Positions 1 through 13,309 of a stretch of 64,000 bases of DNA are shown here, piece by piece. The translations under genes and the position numbers were made by a program. The stretch's first letter is position 1. The number at the start of each line of letters is the position of its first letter. The notes beneath the pieces are model-generated. The model saw only the letters and a program-made list of their open reading frames with translations, had not been told where the DNA came from and did not search any database. Origin of the DNA: Takakia lepidozioides (lineage: Eukaryota > Plantae > Bryophyta). The stretch is taken from the NCBI GenBank assembly GCA_030704615.1, contig CM060734.1, forward strand, positions 6,510,001-6,574,000, given 5' to 3'.

Positions 1-2590
1 CATAACACCATAGCCTCTTGCAATGTGTACCCCTCCGCCATGCTACCCTCGGGATGTGCCTTTTGCCGCACGTGTGCCTTGACCTCCTTCATGTAACACT
101 CTAGAAAGTACATCCACTGAGCATGGACCGGTCCGGCAATCTCCGCCTCTTCCACCAAGTGCACTACCAAATGCACTTGGATGTCAAAGAAATTAGGGGG
201 AAGATGCATCTCCAACATACACAAGACCGTGGCCGCCTCCTCCTTCATTCGCGGAAAATCCGCCTCGTCCATCTCTTTTGTGCAAAGCTAACGGAATAAA
301 TCAGCAAGTCGATAGACGGCTTTTCGAATGCCCTCATGGAGTGTCCCTCGTATTGCAATGGGAAGGATGTCTTGCAAAATGTTGTGGTAGTCATGAGACT
401 TCAAACCATGGATAGTGGTGGTACTCAAATTTGTTGCATAGTGATGCGCCATACCCGGTCGGGGTCCGGATAGGTCGTATTGTGGTCCGCACTTGCTTGT
501 ATGCCTCCTTTGTCCAAGTCCAAGTTGGCGCCCTATACTTCCACTTGGGAGCATTGTTCACGTCCACACCATCAGCTGTCATGGCATACGGTTTTGGGCT
601 TGGAGCTCTCGCCTCACACCAAGGGAATCACCGCCGCGTTTCTTCTTCCGCCCGGTTAAGTTTGCCAGTACACGAATAAGTGATGAGCACACATTATTCC
701 CAATATGCATGGGATCAAGGAGGTGCCGGATTTTCAGATCCTACGCATCATGAAATTTCCATATAATTTGTCATAAACCCTGAACTCGATGCAATTTCAT
801 ATGAATATGTCATGACATTCAATGAAATATGTATGGTCCAATGCATTTCGGACTTGTACCTCCCAATAAGGCAACTCGTAGAAGATTGAGAGCCGGACAT
901 GCCACACCTCTTGAGCCGGGGTTTTTTATCCAACACCTCTTGCCACCGGGCTTTCCAAAATGACCCAGGGGGACGCACGGGTGGAGATCTCCTCTCCACG
1001 GTCCCATCAAATAATTTATTGCCTCTTGTTCTCCATGGATGGTTGAGAGGAAGAAATTTCTGGTAGTTGGGATAGATCATTTTCGCGACGTTCTTCGAAT
1101 GCTTTGCATCAAGGTTATCCGGCCCACAACATGAACATGCTGCGTACCCCTTTGTGCTTAGTCCCGAACAAACTGAAAGCCCTGCACAAAACCATGAATT
1201 TAGTTGGGATTTAACATTTGTCGCCTCGTATAATTTCAATGAACCGAGCAAAAACATGAATTGCTAAAGAAAAATCATGACGAGCACATACAAACACATG
1301 ATATACGGTAGAATATATATATTATAGGTAATATCAAATTAAAATGTATCTGGATAGTCATGCATTGTCCATAGCAAAAGCCCTCGCAAGAGAAAAGAAC
1401 GTTGGCCAGTAGGTGCCGATGCATCATAAGCTGGAACTCCATTCCATAATATATTGAGTTCGTCAACCAATGGACGCAGATACACATCCATATTCGCAAC
1501 TTGTTTTTTCCCTACAACACAAATTATTTGCAATATATATAAGATCATTTCAAATTCAAATAGAACAAATGATATTCTTAGTTCCATATATATTCGACAT
1601 TGTACTACCACGTACATCCTAAAGCAACAAAAAAGAGTTGTGTTATTCACCTGGCACAATGGCAGCCAACATGATATGACCCTTCTTGATAGCAAGATAA
1701 AGAGGGATGTTGTAGTTAACCAAAGTCACAGGCCATGTTGAATGGCTACTTGACTGGACCGAATGTGGGTTTACACCATCCGCGGAGAAGCCGAGCCGAA
1801 CATGTCTTGGATCGTCCTTCAAAAAAGGCCATTGTTCCTCGGTGTGTTTCCATGCCGGCGAATCGTGAGGGCCGCACATCTTTCCGGGAGGGCTCCGATG
1901 CTCCGCATGCCACTTCATGAGTTGGGCAAATGATGGACTCCGAAATTGTGCTTTCAAGCGCGGGATGACTGGAAAATAATGCATTTTCTAACCTCCCCCA
2001 CAAACTCAACAAATATATCAATATTTACTTTCTGTCATTTGGATCCACATATTGTACGTAAGAGAGGGGTATATATTTGCAAAGGTTTGTATGTAGATAT
2101 TTTGTAAAGTCTACATTAGTTGAAGGATTCATATAACCTATATGCATACCCTAATAATATCGGAATGATACAACCTCTTAAACCCTACACCCTAAAATGA
2201 TATATTAGTTGGTGGACACATGTATATATGTATATAAATATAAATGGCAAGAAAGAGAATATAAGAGAAATGTACCTTTCGTGGGATCTTCTTTCCTTGA
2301 ACATCATCTCGGTATCTAAATTTTTTGCACTTGGGACACGTGGTAGCACGCGCATGCTCTCCATAGTACAAGGTGCGATCACAAGGACATGCATGGAAAA
2401 TTTTGTAGCCCATCCCCACTGTGTCTAGAACCTGTCTTGCCTCTTTTCGAGAACGTGGCATTTTATGCTCCAAATGGGGGGTGAGGATGTGGTCCGCAAT
2501 TGTGCGCATGATTGTGGACATGCCAATGTTGCTTATGCCGAACTGGGATTGCAAATTAAGCAACAACAATATAGTGGAAAGTCGACTCAA
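1..2590 (-). pseudogene. CACTA/EnSpm (TnpD-like) transposase, multi-exon, 5' part cut off by the Gypsy insertion, runs off the window start
   Basis: Successive exons carry typical CACTA transposase motifs: IFHACPCD..CPKC (2192-2590), YFPVIPRL..MKWH..DSPAWK..RLGFSADGVNP..STWPV (1643-1984), DVYLRPLVDEL..LLWTMHDYP (1339-1515), SGLSTKGYAAC, LDPMHI, GLKSHDYH, PPNFFDIQVHLVVHL, HPEGSMAEGY. AT-rich GT-AG introns lie between them; stops and frameshifts are present. Confidence 0.92.
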
Positions 2591-2745
2591 AATTTTTGTG
2601 CAGACTTACGGATGGTGGACTGAGACCAACAGAAGCCTTAGGGGTGACAGGCGCAGGCTTTAGGGGGGGTAGACAGCCCGTCACAGTCTGACATAGCCCA
2701 ACATAGCTTCACAGCCAGTCACAGCCCGACACAGCCCGACACAAT
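2591..2745 (+). repeat. Inverted LTR fragment of B-type
   Basis: Reverse complement of about 51240-51335, including the CCATCCGTAAGTCT segment present in the B LTR but absent from the A and D LTRs. Confidence 0.85.
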
Positions 2746-3556
2746 CCCGCTTCTGCCTCTTGGACTGGTGCTGCCCCTCCAATCCACCTTCACCATGTGA
2801 AGAGCCCTGCTCCTCAATTGCAGTGGTTGTTGTCTCAAACACTCCCATCTCCTTGCGTTCTCGTGCATCAAGTATGCAAGAATCAAGGACAATTTGCGCA
2901 ATTATTGGGCCAGACACTATGATCGGAGACTTAGCAACAGTGCCCTGTAACCGCTTCATCTCTTCTACCAGACCATTGTACATTAACTCCGCCCAAGCTA
3001 CATCCTCTCCCCTCAAAGCTTTCAGTATCTCCTCCGTGAATGATCTGCTCAAGTACTGTTGGTTCTGTTTCATGGCAAACAAAACGTTCAGTATTTGGCC
3101 AACTTCTCTTAGCCCTGGGTACTCGGCCTTGGTGCAGGTGTATCCTTGAGTCTTAAAGAAACTCCCTTCTTGGAACAAATTCCCTATCTGCAATCTTGCC
3201 CTGTGCTCATCCACATCCACATGACCCGATGGCAAATCGAACAATTGCTGCAGGTACTGGGGAGTAATTTCTATATCTACTCCCCTCACCTGGGTAATTC
3301 CTGTCCGAGGCTCAAAGTTATGAATAAATTGAATCATATACTTCCGATGATGCAAGGACCAGTCCTTGCATAGCAGCCCTTCCAATCGCAACTCCTTCAG
3401 CAGCTGCACTGCCTGTGGTGTAGCAATTGTTTGCTTCTGCAGAATCGTGGTGCTCTTCACCCTGATATCCTCCATTCCCCTAACTCTCTTCATTCCAGAC
3501 AAATAAGAAGGCCTTGTTTGAAACAGCTTTAGGAAAGCTTGCAGGGCATAGAGCAT
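2745..3556 (-). pseudogene. Truncated 3' accessory ORF of element B (paralogue of 7676-8461)
   Basis: Highly similar protein to 7676-8461 (RGMEDIRVKS...KSPIIVSGPIIAQIVLDSCILDARERKEMG); cut at the inversion junction. Confidence 0.8.
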
Positions 3557-3912
3557 ACTTGTATGGTTGGCATAGAATGGAACGGGTAAGTGCGTGTAAG
3601 CCTATGGGGCTTGCAGATAGTGGGTGAGAGAAAATGTCTTTCCCACCCGTCCGTCCTTGCGCCACTGCGTGAGAAGTAATGCTAGTGTGTAGTCTGTAAT
3701 ATCCGCCATAGCTACAAAGCTATAGCTTTGATTACTCCTCTCGTCGAGACGCTGACTATTTGGAGCAATCCCGACTCTTCCGCTCATAACTCTTCTTATT
3801 TCTTGTTCTTGTTTCTTGGAGGAAACCACCTGCATGAAATTCTCGCTCCTGATTGGCTGTTGCCTCCTTGGGTAACTTCTTAATTTTACCCCCCTCAGTG
3901 GACATTCCCACC

Positions 3913-4866
3913 TGTCGCGCAGCTTATACTCACCCATCCCTTCGCTATCCGAGGCGGGAACTCCAAGATAGAAGAGTTGGAAATCTCTAAGCACTCAGCC
4001 CGCTCAGAACAATCAGTCATGACCTACAGCTAGTGTATCATGGGGTTGTTTCCTATTTGTTTTCCTTCCCGCATTCATGTTAGCTAGTTACCTTACTGTT
4101 GGTATTTAAGTATCAGTTTGCTTCAGCAATCTATCGGATTCCATCAACTCATCCATTCATTCCACAGCTTCACTCAGATCTCTCTACACAGTGTGAGTAT
4201 GAAGTATGTATCAGATTAATATCTATCAAGTGTCAGGCTGAAGCCATGGAGTCTCTAATCTGCTCTACATTACAACTCTACTGCTTGCATTCATCAAGCA
4301 TCAACAGATCGTTCTCCTCCTTCTTCGTGCTCTCTCTCTTTCTGCTCAGAGATGCGCTCTCCGCTTCATTTCCCCCCCAGTGATGTCCGAAGTCCCCCAA
4401 GAAGTGATCCTTTTTCCAGTCCTCGCTCCTGGCTTTATCTTCCTACTCGTTGTTCTAACGGTTTCCCTCATTAACCGTCATCCGTGAACTAACATGTTCC
4501 ATTCGCAGATGTTGTTCCCCACAGTCGTTCCCTGTCCTGTTATCCGTTCCCTATGGTCGTGACAGCTGTATCAAGCTGTGACTGGCTGTGTAAAACTGTG
4601 ACTGGCTGTGCGACTGTGTTGGGCTGTGTCGGGCTGTGTTGAGCTGTGACTGGCTGTGACGGTTGTGTCGGACTGTGACGGACTGTGACGGGCTGTGTTG
4701 GACTGTGACTGGCTGTGACGGCTGTGACGGCTATGACGGCTGTGTATCTCCCCCTAAAGTGCGCTGCTGTCACCCCTAAGGCTCCTGTTGATCTTAGTCT
4801 GTGCAAAAATTAAGGGTACCCCACAGATCCCGTAAAAGTGCCTAAATCCCAGACAGTCCTCTAACA
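3913..4866 (-). repeat. 3' LTR of element A
   Basis: Direct repeat of 28698-29596; differs mostly in the CTGTG-rich tandem tract. Confidence 0.95.
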
Positions 4867-4869
4867 TTA

Positions 4870-4883
4870 CCCCTTCCCCTCTC
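4870..4883 (-). promoter_or_regulatory. Polypurine tract of element A
   Basis: GAGAGGGGAAGGGG on the minus strand, 3 nt before the TG of the 3' LTR. Confidence 0.9.
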
Positions 4884-4904
4884 AAAAAGCCGTGTCCTCA
4901 CGGT

Positions 4905-7900
4905 TTACTGTTTGGAATTTGTAACCCTTTGTGAGCGAGCACCCTTCTGACGGTTAGACTCTCGTGAAGGACTCCGTGTGCGAGCCCGTGTCCTGTCGCT
5001 GGTTGAGGGAGATGATTGAACACTACTTGGATATGTCAGTCCTTCTGGAGGCTGATATCGAGGTAATCTTTCAGGCATAGGAGACCCCCGTCGCTTCTTC
5101 TCTGCCATTTGAATTGCATAGTCCTCTGCCATGTCAAAAGAGTCCGCTGAAGAAACAGTTGTATCAGAATCCTCGTCCCCCCTGAGGTGTTTTAACTGTC
5201 GAACTCTAACTGGAATTCTTTGGGGCATACAATGTTGTCCCACCATGTCTGGAAGTTTAAACTGTAAAACTTGTTGTAAGCGTTGAATTGCAAAATTGGT
5301 GAAGACCCTGAGCTCCTTGTCTGTCCAGGTGAGTGGGGTACCAATGACTTGTGAATTGTGCAAGTATTTCCATGCCTCATGTCCCTTAAAGAAAATATCG
5401 TCAGGGCTGAATTTCTGTGTTGACAAATTGTTCCAGGCCGCATGAAACCATGAACGAATCTGAGAATCCTTTTGCATCATAACTTTTGCCTCATATAGGT
5501 ACATATGAGGTGGCACTGAAGGTAAGACCCAATGATCCCCACTGGAATAACTCAGAAAGCGCGTTTGCATCTTCTGCTGCTCAATGTGATAACGTACCAG
5601 AAAACAAACAGCGTAGTATAACCCGCAGCCCATGACAATACTTGCTACCTCTTTGGTCTTGGTATAAATGAATCCATGTACAACTTGGAAGGCAATTAAT
5701 TCCTTCAACATGGTACTTGCCTCATGCCAGTACTGCGCAAAGTGATGATCCTCAATTGGTCGATTGTTCGGAAGAACTTTAGTCCTAGTTGCCACTGGTA
5801 GCCAAATGCGCATGATTTGATAGTAATGTGCCAACGACTGCGGAGGACTAAATTCCTTCCAAGCCAAATCCAACACAATGGGAATTTGGTTGAAGGGCAT
5901 AATCATAGCCCGACTGTATTCCCGTGCAGCTGGAGTTTTAGGTGGGTTAAAGGCAGCATTCCCCCATACCTCAGGCTGTGGTGGCTGTGGTGGCTATGGT
6001 GTGGCTGTAGTAACAACAGGGTCAGCTACTGGCACAGTGACTTGTTGTGGTGTTGGTGGCACTGGCTCTTGTACCATTGGCATCTCCTGCACCCCCTGTG
6101 AAGAAGACTGAAAAGCCAAAGTTCTCGCTTGTAAATAAGAAGCCATTAGCTGTTCCTCAGGTACACAGACTCTCTTGTCGATATTTGAAGTGAGGTCCTC
6201 CACTTGTGTCTACAGGCCGTCTACATCCTCCTGTAACTCCGCTATTCTACTATAGACATTGTCTATAGTAGTTGTGGCAATGTTCTGCACTTGCAGTCTG
6301 AGCTCATTCATCTCGCTTTGGGTGAGCTTTCGTGGTGCTTTGCCCTCCACCGGCCCTTGTGCTAACCAGACCTGCATAAGGTGGTTATCCACCAAGTTGC
6401 TTGTGGCACCCCTTAGAGTATGCTCCTATGTGAGCCTGTACACATTTATCTGCTGCTGTAAAGCCTCTATGCGCTTCGCATGAGGTTCAACCAAACTCGC
6501 ATAGGCAGCAGCCAGATTATTGGCTTCCTTCCAAGCCTTATTAGCCACAGAGAGTTCATTTCTATTTACCATGAGCGTTTGTTGCAACTCCAGGATGTAC
6601 CTCTCTTGGTCAGCTTCAACCTGCGTGTATTGCTTGAAAGTATTCTCATTGCGACAGATTGTATTCTTCATATCGACAATGAGTTTCACTTGCTCAACAT
6701 TCTCTGCCTCTGCCTTTGTACATCTTTCCGTTTGACTGTTTATTTCTATTGTAGCTTGGTCAAGCATAGTTGTGAGTGTAGCACATTGTATGGCCATCCT
6801 GTCATGCACTGTCTGCAACTCCGTATGTAGTGCATTCACTTCTTGCAACTTGCTTTCATGCTTCACCTGCATTTGGTATAGTTGTTGCTTATGTGCTTCG
6901 TGCAACTGGTCTTGCGCGAGGCCTGCCTCAATCAATTGTTCCTTAGCCAATTGCAAAGCCGCTTCTGTACTCTCTAAGTCTTGCTGCATCTTGAGAGTGA
7001 CCTCTTCATCGACCTTGTTTGCACACTCAGTGGCAAGTCGAGCCTCAAACTCCTTCCTGAGTTCCTCCCTCAAAGCTGCCAATTGGGTAGTTGGAACATG
7101 GGATTTGACATAAGTACCCAACAAATTAAGTGTCCTGCTTATGGAACTCATAAGCATGGCCTGTTGAGGGTCATCATGGTGAGCTTGCTGCTGTTCTCCC
7201 TGATCCTCAACAGTGTGATGCCTCACGAACCACTCAGGCCATTGCCCCACCAGATTTTTTCCTGAACCACTTCATCCGTCACCGTGCTGCAGTGTCTTGA
7301 CATTCTACCTGTGGTACCTCCGTCACAGGTGTGTGTATTATATGCACCGCAAGGTTTCCCCTGGACAACCGTTGCACCTCCGGAATCACTGTTTCCCTGA
7401 CCAGACCAGAATATTCATAGAGAAGGTCCCCCTTCTCAATTTCTGCCACCACCTGTTCTGTAGTGGGAATATCTAACCCTTCTTTCTCCAAATCAATTAT
7501 TTCTGGTAGAACTGCATGGACAACTTGTGGTAACTCTGTGACAAGCCGATCATCTGGCTGTGATGGCTGTGATACTGAAGTAACTTCCTCTTCCCTCTCT
7601 GAAGGTCCTGCTTCCAATAATAGCAGTTCTTTGTGCTGCTGTGCCCCTTCATGCACAAGAGCTTGGGAAACACTATCATGGCGGTTTTCGTGAAGCCAAT
7701 GGATCCGCCACTACAGTCTTTCCCCGCCTCTGTCTCTTAGTCTGGGGTTGCCCTGCCAGTCCACCCTCACTGTGTGAAGAGCCTTGCTCCTCCATTGCAG
7801 TGGTTTCAGTCTCAAACACTCCCATCTCCTTTCTTTCCCGAGCATCAAGTATGCAAGAATCAAGAATTATTTGAGCAATGATTGGGCCAGACACTATGAT

Positions 7901-8463
7901 AGGAGACTTTGCGGCAGTGCCCTGTAATCTTTTCATCTCCTCTACCAGTGCGTTGTACATTATGTCCGCCCCTGCTACCTCTTCTCCTCTCAGGGCTTTG
8001 AGTATTTCCTCTGTGAAGGATCTGCTCAAATACTGTTGGTTCTGTTTCATGGCAAACAGAACGTTCAATACCTGGCCTACCTCCCTTAGCCCTAGGTAGA
8101 CGGCCTTGGTACAAGCATAACCCTGAGTTCTAAAGAAACTCCCTTCTTGGAATAGGTCCCCTATTTGCAGTCTTGCCCTGTGCTCCTCCACATGCACCTG
8201 ACCTGATGGCAATTCAAACAATTGCTGTAGGTATAGGGGAGTAATTTCTAATTCAACTCCCTTCACCGTTGTTGCTCCTGTCCTAGGCTCAAAGTTTTGC
8301 AAGAATTGTAACATGTACTGTCTATGGTGCAATGTCCAATATTTGCTTTGCAATCTTTCCAATCGCAGCTCCTTCAGTAACTGTACCGCCTGTGGAGTAG
8401 CAATTGTTTGTTTCTGCAGGATTATGGTGCTCTTCACCCTGATTTCTTCCATTCCTCTCACTC
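4905..8463 (-). pseudogene. Long sense-strand accessory ORF between integrase and 3' LTR of element A (conserved N-terminal domain, coiled coil, C-terminal globular domain), broken into several frames
   Basis: Abutting minus-strand ORFs 7676-8461, 7279-7656, 6426-7250 (Q/E/L-rich, coiled-coil-like), 6210-6395, 5994-6203 and 4905-5906; the N-terminal part is conserved in element B. Confidence 0.7.
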
Positions 8464-8530
8464 GAGGTTTACTATTTCATGAGCAGAAACCATGAGCCAT
8501 GAGCCATGAGCCGCATGAGCGGTGAGCCGA
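8464..8530 (+). repeat. Left TIR with tandem CATGAGC subterminal repeats
   Basis: CATGAGC occurs five times within about 45 bp; inverted match to 21684-21735. Confidence 0.85.
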
Positions 8531-9305
8531 AGTCTAAGATACGCGGATTTCATGAGCGGACTCCTCCAAATTTGGAAATGCGGCAGATTAAACAAGTATT
8601 AAAATAATAGTTTTTTATTTGACCTTGCCGTTTTTGGACGTTCCAGATCATGTAATGCGGCGAAGATATGTCGTCAGTAACAAGTCCGCTCATGGTTTTT
8701 TAGATCCGCTCATGGAAATAAGTGACCGTGCAACGGGAAATCCAGTATACAACTGCAAAAGGACGTCGCATACTGGCCTGTATAGAATATTCCGCGGTTT
8801 TACATGCCTTAACATTGGAATGAAGCTGACCCTTTTGCCGCGATTGAACCAATGGAGTCTGCACCAATAGAGTCTGCAGTACTTCACAATTATGTCTTCT
8901 TCGGGTATTCGGCGGGAAAGGTTTGCAACTGAACTGGGAAATAAGGTGCCGCATTAGGGTTCGCACGTGCGAAATTTCGGAGCGGTTTGGTGTTGGCGAA
9001 GGCCGCCTCTACCAGTACCTACGACGATACTTGGAAATGCGGCGCCGCATTTTCTTGTCGGAGGTCGAATGAGGACAACAAGTTTTCGGAAAGCAGAAAA
9101 ACATGAACCCTCCAACATACAAAAATACATGCACGTGGAAACAAGTGAACGATATAGTAATATCTTAGTTCGAGCAAAACATGTTACTGGTAGGCAAGAC
9201 ATATGTCGGACCTTTCTGTGGCCAGAGTCTGAGGTACTGGCAGCAGTACAGTTCTACTATCCGAAAAGGATGGGCGTACCATTGTATTGGGACCGCAAGC
9301 CAAGC

Positions 9306-12300
9306 TCACTGGTCCCCTGGATCCATATTCAGAAGAGTGTGAACCTCCTGGGGGCTCAACCCTGGTGCATGTATGAAGTGATGAGTTGTGGAATTACAAC
9401 GGAGTCTCTTTAGGTACACGTAGTACAAATGCTTGCAAGGGCAGTATGATGCCCCCTTGTTCGCCATGATCTGGAAGTCGGTGCAATTGCAGGTGGGTAA
9501 TTCTGAAATGGTGATGGTGTACACCTCATTGCGAACAGCTGAGCCTGCCGTGGCCATCTGATACACACGCCCGAATCCTGGTGGGGGCACTTCTGTCGAG
9601 CTCTGGATTGTACAGTTCATCTGAAGTGCATTCCCCATCCTTGTCTCGTTCATTTTTGAGGGAGGTCGCCGCCTCTTCGGTTTCCCCCAACGGTGTGTAG
9701 GATGCTTAGAGCTGTCGTGTCCCATTGTTCTTGCTCTCACAGGGTCGGTGGTGGAGGCTGTGGAAGCGAAAATGGTTGTCTGGGGACGTCAGTGCGCTGC
9801 ACCATCCAAAATCCTGCGGCGGTAAAGGGCGTCGGCCTCAACCTGACTCAGATCGCAGCCTGGTTCCACCGGCCACACCGGGGGAGCCTCTGGCATTGTT
9901 TGTATGCCGTACTTGGGCTTTCCATACACGCAAGTCATAATGTTGTGCCTGCAGAACCAGAACTGGATGGTTGTCGCCTCCGCAAACTTTGCATGGACAA
10001 ATCTTCCTGTAAAAGTAGGAGCAGGGACAGCCCCATCTGGATTCCTCCTTATCATCTCTAAACAACGTTGCCGTGTATCCACACGAATTGCGGAACACCT
10101 TCCTCGAAACGACGGCTTTGTGCGAGCAATTCTCCACTGTGATGCAGACACAGTCGTCTCCACAATGGCTTGGCCATACTGCATAACAACGGGCGGAATC
10201 TGGGGCAAGGGAGCGGTGGGAATTTCTCGCACGAAATCCCCGGTTGAAGGCAACGGCGATCTGGAATTTCTTGGGCTTCCACTGCTGGAAGACACATTGT
10301 GCGGCAACATGACGGGACCTCGAGGTGCTGTCCGAATGTTCCTGTCGGATCTCCAGGAATCCTCTTCGCACCCGGGTTCCTCTTCAATCCTCCGCCTCAC
10401 AGGGCGAGTCCGGACGTCCCCCTCTAGGTGTTCACCTCTGCGGTGCAGAGGCGTCCCTTTGATCTTCTCTGGCAATGCTGTCACCCATTTCAGTGGATTC
10501 TTGGACCTCGAAGCTGTTCGTACCAACAATTCATCCCTGTCCGGCCCAAAGCCCCATTGTTTGCCGCTCAGGAACTTGTAGTACGTGGCTTGCTGCATGA
10601 TTGCTCTGTCGATGTCCTCCGTTGTGGCCGTCACTACGTCCACCAGATGTGCGGCAGAAGACGCTCGCCATGAGGAGTGGACCGATTCTGCCATATTCGT
10701 GTTCGGCATGTCCGTGTCGGAATCCAAGCACCGCTCTTAGAAGGACACAAACAATGGTGAGGGACCAATCGAAATGTCCGTAACAGAAAGACAAATGAAC
10801 GAAAATGACAGCAGCCTACCTCCCGCATGTACTGTCCGAACTGTCGATACCGAAAATGCCACCACCCCAACCAGCTGTGCAATGCTCCCAGATTGGTTGT
10901 CTCCACTGCACCTGACGTGTTCCACCAAGCCTCGATGATAGCAAACTTAACCTCCGCGTCATCAAATGTGGGTGCATCCTTCCACGCCGTACAAAGGACA
11001 CGGTGTTCAGCCTGGAATGAGCTAGCAACAAATTTGGTAGTGTAGTGGGATAGACTCTGCATCCAATGGAATCCACAGGATCTCTCTTTCCCCTCCATTG
11101 GAACATTGGGGTCCTCACCGTACACACGCCGCACCGCTGCCCAGTTGGCCTGAGCGTTGTCTGCCATGAATCCCCTGAAATTGGGCTCTGGCAATCCCGC
11201 CCTTGCCATCTGCTCGTTTATGCCCTCCCACAGATGCATCTCGGACTGTGTGTCCTCCCCTTTCATCTTGCAGATTGCAATCGTCATGAGCCTCTTGGAG
11301 TGATAGTCATAAACATGCGCACCCATAGTCACCCACTGATGGTTTGTAATTCTCTTGATGTGATCATTCGACAAGTTTCCAGTTGTCATGCGAGTGACCA
11401 AGTCTACTCCACTCCCAGGCCCACACGTCGACATTTTGAAAATGTAACAACGATCGGATTTGCTGCCTTGCCCTGGAAACCTGCTACCTTGGATGTAGTC
11501 ATATCCAGTCATTCGTTTCACCTCCAGGATTGAATACATGTCCGACCCCCTGCCGAACTCCTGCTTGCAAGATACGATGTGATTCCGCACATTCGGACTA
11601 CAAACGTGCAAGACGGACTCCAAGAGGTCACGCATCTCGTCTTCGGTCAAGGGCTCTCGGTCGGAACCATCTTCAGACATGATTTTGCCAAGAGCAATCT
11701 TGTGGGCTGCCTTTAGCTGAAAAGCGCTTTGGTTTGGCTCCGGGGCTCAATTTCACCTCCTCTTTGAGGATGGCGGGTGCTTCCTGCACAGCCTCACGCA
11801 TGTTGCCTCTCGCCAAGGGGGGGCAGTGGACCCCAACGGGTGTATGCAAGCTCTAGTCAAGTCCGGGAGCAAATGGATTACGTAATATTGCTTGGCTCTG
11901 CACATGGACATGCACGTCGGTGGTTCTTTGCAATGTGCACACTTGAAAGAACCCGCAGGAGCTTGGCTGGAGACAATGAATGGATGATGCGTTGTGCCAG
12001 TCCAATCCGTCTCGTTTCTCCGCCCTCCTTTGGAGAGAAAGTGGAAGCAGGTGGGATTGAGGCACCTCAGCTTCCCCGCACAGAGGACATATCGTACACG
12101 AACACCATCAGCAATTTTCGTGCTACTGGTCTTCGTCACACACCAGGGGTGTCCGTCATGCTTTCGATCCATGTCTGTTAACATCCCGGAGGCTTTGTTT
12201 GACGAAGAAACAGGTGGAAACTCGAAGATGACATTGCCATCGACTTCGGGAGGCAGAACGTTACCTTTCTGACTGGGAATTTGGCATAGTCGAGAGCAGC

Positions 12301-12755
12301 CAGCTCGGAGCGAGAACCATCGAGGTGATGTTGTCGTAGGAGCTGCACACCTTTGGAGTTATGCTCGAGGGCACATGCGTAGCACCTACAGAGACGTCCA
12401 TGCCGGATTTGAACGACCGTGTGGAGGACATGGGTACCTCAATGCAATCATCTTCCTCGTCGGAAATGTCGAATACGTCCACACGAGAAGCTATGGAGGG
12501 TCTTGACGGTCCAGGTCGGGAATGATTATCGTTGCATACCTCTCTGTTGGCAGTGGCCGCCTGTCGGTTTCCGGACTCCTTTGTGGATGGTGTGGGCAGC
12601 GACTGATTCGGAAAGGGAATGGGCATTCCCACAGCTCGGTACAGGATGGTGTCTGATGGGGGAACGTGCCATTCGATTCCGCAACCTCCGTCGTTACCTA
12701 GCACGACAATGGTCTCGTCAACCTGTCCAGGAACATCCTTCCTTTCTTCTTCCAA
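9306..12755 (-). pseudogene. Mutator-like DDE transposase with N-terminal GCM-like zinc domain and C-terminal SWIM finger (frameshifted, at least one intron near 10730-10816)
   Basis: GCM-like pattern W..T...R...CxGxxxC...C...CxxC...C (11753-12184); DHIKR, GFMADNAQANW, CGFH (CxxH) and TNMAESVH as candidate D/D/E core; SWIM CNC...CKHLYYV (9306-9740). Confidence 0.8.
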
Positions 12756-13309
12756 ATAAACTGTGCCCGGTTTTGAGCTTGAATTTGGAACAAAGGTAAG
12801 TTTCAGTCACTCTGCAAAGTCCTCCCTCGTTTGGGATCCAGGCTCTCCCAAGTTGCGGAGGACAGCAAACTATAGCGTAGGAATTCGGAGCCATCGAACA
12901 CCGCACGAAGTTGGCAAGTGCGAGGTTCAGTATAGCGACAGACCAAGGCTCACAGGCACCATGCGGAGTCCATCGACGATTGGAAGTCGCACATTGAAGT
13001 GGAAAGTATTGTTTCAAGCTACATGCATGAAGGTGGGAGGTTGATTCCATAGCCAGTAAGTATGACAATGATGGCCGATTCGGCGACGAAATAACATCTC
13101 CTGACAGTTTCTCCTGAGGGTGGATCCAGCAGTATTCTCGGTGCAGACAGGAAACGTTCGCACTGACAAGTGCCAGTACTGTTAGTTAAAACGGTCAGAC
13201 AACCAAGTTGTGCTCATCAAGACTGGCCGCAATTGTGTTGTTTCGGAACAATGCAACCCATTCAGGTTCCAGATTTCCCGTCCCGAGTGATTCTTTCGAT
13301 TGCTGGTGG

